Of a stretch of DNA of 64,000 nucleotides, positions 62,751 through 64,000 are shown piece by piece. The stretch lies in NCBI GenBank assembly GCA_934090795.1, contig CAKOJQ010000002.1, forward strand, positions 13,250-77,249, written 5' to 3'. Positions within the stretch are counted from its first letter, which is position 1; every line of letters begins with the position of its first letter. The position numbers and the translations under genes are program-made. This DNA is from an uncultured Bacilli bacterium. GTDB taxonomy: Bacteria; Bacillota_I; Bacilli_A; RF39; UBA660. The notes below the pieces were generated by a model, which was not told where the DNA came from, did no database searches, and saw only the letters and a program-made list of their open reading frames with translations.

Positions 62751-64000
62751 ATGGTAAATGAAAATAATATAAAAACTTTATTATCAAAAATGACTAATAA
62801 TGTAAAATCTAATATTAAAGAAATAAAAAAAGTTTTTGGTAGTTTAAATTATACTGATGATGAAAATCAATCAATATTGCATATTTTAGTCGATAATAAA
62901 TATGATGAAAATAAATGTTTTTTAGCAATTCAATCATTACTTCAAAATGGAATGAATCCAAATTTACAATCATATTTTAATTATAATTTTATTCAAGTTG
63001 CATTATATACCGGTTATAGTGAAAATTTTATTTTATGTATAATTAATGAATCACTAAAATGTGGATTAAATGTTAATCATGTTGATTCTGATAATGATAC
63101 AATTATGCATACTGCAATATATAGTGATGATTATTTAGGAAACTTGGAAAAAATTTATGATTTATTATGTGAAAATGGTTTTGATTCTACTTTAGTAGAT
63201 GGTGAGTCAAGAAATTTAGTTGAAGCAATGATTTATCAAAAACAATATTCAAAAACTCAAATAGAGAGTTTTCGTAAAAAATATATAGAAAGAACTAATA
63301 ATGATTTAAATGATAAAACTTCTAATAATATGCCTGCTAATGAAAAGTTAAATAAAGAAAAAACTTGTAGTGAAGTTATTCCTAAATTGTCTAGAGAAGA
63401 TATTGTAAATCTTGAAAAATATGGAACAGTTCTAAATTATAAAAAATATGTTACTGAACCAACCATTGGAAGAGAAAAAGAGTTAAAAAATCTAATGATA
63501 TCACTTGCTCAAAATAAAAAAAGCTCACTTATAGTAGGTGAATCTGGTGTTGGTAAAACAGCATTGGTTGAAGAATTAGTTTATAGAATTATAACTAATC
63601 AAGTTCCAACTTTTTTACAAAATAAGGTAATTTTAGAAATAAATCCATCCGAGATTGCTTCTGGTTGTAAATATGTTGGTACATTTGAAGAAAAGATTAA
63701 AGATTTACTAAATTTATGTAAAGAATTAGAAATAATTATATTTATAGATGAAATTCATACTATGTACGGAACTGGAAGTTATGAAAATAACGACAATGAT
63801 ATGGCTTCGATGTTAAAATATCAACTTGACAGATCAGATTTAAAAGTTATTGGAACAACGACAGAACAGGAATATGAAAAGTATTTTAATGGAGATGCAT
63901 TAAAAAGAAGATTTGATAAAATAACTATGAAGGAGCCAGATAAAAATGTTTTATATCAAATAATTTATAAAGTGATAGATGATTATAACATTACTACTGG
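62751..64000 (+). CDS. Ankyrin-like repeat protein fused to a ClpA/ClpB-type AAA+ D1 module (3' end lies outside the window)
   Basis: Absent from the ORF track because it runs off the window. The frame is open from ATG 62751 (AGGGGGA RBS). Ankyrin-like repeats: SILHILVD…LLQNGMNPN and DTIMHTAIYS…LCENGFDSTLVD. Then IGREKELKNL, Walker A GESGVGKTA, KYVGTFEEK and Walker B IIFIDEIH. Confidence 0.75.
   Translation, partial: MVNENNIKTLLSKMTNNVKSNIKEIKKVFGSLNYTDDENQSILHILVDNKYDENKCFLAIQSLLQNGMNPNLQSYFNYNFIQVALYTGYSENFILCIINESLKCGLNVNHVDSDNDTIMHTAIYSDDYLGNLEKIYDLLCENGFDSTLVDGESRNLVEAMIYQKQYSKTQIESFRKKYIERTNNDLNDKTSNNMPANEKLNKEKTCSEVIPKLSREDIVNLEKYGTVLNYKKYVTEPTIGREKELKNLMISLAQNKKSSLIVGESGVGKTALVEELVYRIITNQVPTFLQNKVILEINPSEIASGCKYVGTFEEKIKDLLNLCKELEIIIFIDEIHTMYGTGSYENNDNDMASMLKYQLDRSDLKVIGTTTEQEYEKYFNGDALKRRFDKITMKEPDKNVLYQIIYKVIDDYNITT

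Noticed and set aside
1-64000. Alternative genetic code (e.g. TGA=Trp or reassigned stop codons) as an explanation for the three in-frame stops
   Set aside because: TGA ends leuS at a conserved C-terminus, and TAA and TAG end many conserved genes at their expected lengths. The three interruptions use three different stop codons, so point nonsense mutations or sequencing errors are simpler.
1-64000. CRISPR arrays, rRNA genes, IS elements, integrases or prophage blocks
   Set aside because: I saw no regularly spaced repeats, no rRNA-like GC-rich stretches and no transposase, integrase or phage structural motifs in any ORF. The only repeats are the 841-bp pair, the 295-bp pair and the 3 x 14-bp tandem.

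Overview
Very AT-rich chromosomal segment from an endospore-forming low-GC Firmicute (spo0A, cotJ operon, cotF-like and cwlJ/sleB-like genes). It is densely packed with about 65 protein genes plus tRNA-Ala(UGC) and tRNA-Trp(CCA). I found no rRNA, CRISPR array, IS element or prophage. The genetic code looks standard: TAA, TAG and TGA all end well-conserved genes.

Housekeeping anchors are spo0A, leuS, cysS, uvrB, uppP, a CBS-type family II pyrophosphatase and a P-type Ca-ATPase.

Main points worth a second look:
1. A ~295-bp module (terminator, promoter, 38-codon Cys-containing ORF, strong terminator) occurs twice, nearly identical. One copy lies directly in front of a C-terminally truncated Rel homologue. 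The other lies in front of a tandem array of five S51 (PepE-like) peptidase paralogues. This may be a shared leader or attenuator, or a small-peptide gene.
2. A hybrid sensor kinase with degenerate catalytic motifs sits directly upstream of spo0A. Its last 841 bp are repeated perfectly 3.8 kb upstream, bracketing an AMP-dependent ligase gene.
3. Three otherwise intact genes are each broken by one in-frame stop codon (TAA, TGA and TAG).
4. Also present: an XRE-ImmA fusion with an overlapping PIN-like gene, a RhuM/Doc-type Fic fusion, two atypical single-ring Clp-like AAA+ proteins (one with ankyrin-like repeats), an ATP-grasp/Asp-racemase/CapA cluster and a CotJA-CotJB fusion.

All functional calls rest on motifs I recognised by eye in the supplied translations. 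No database search was run.
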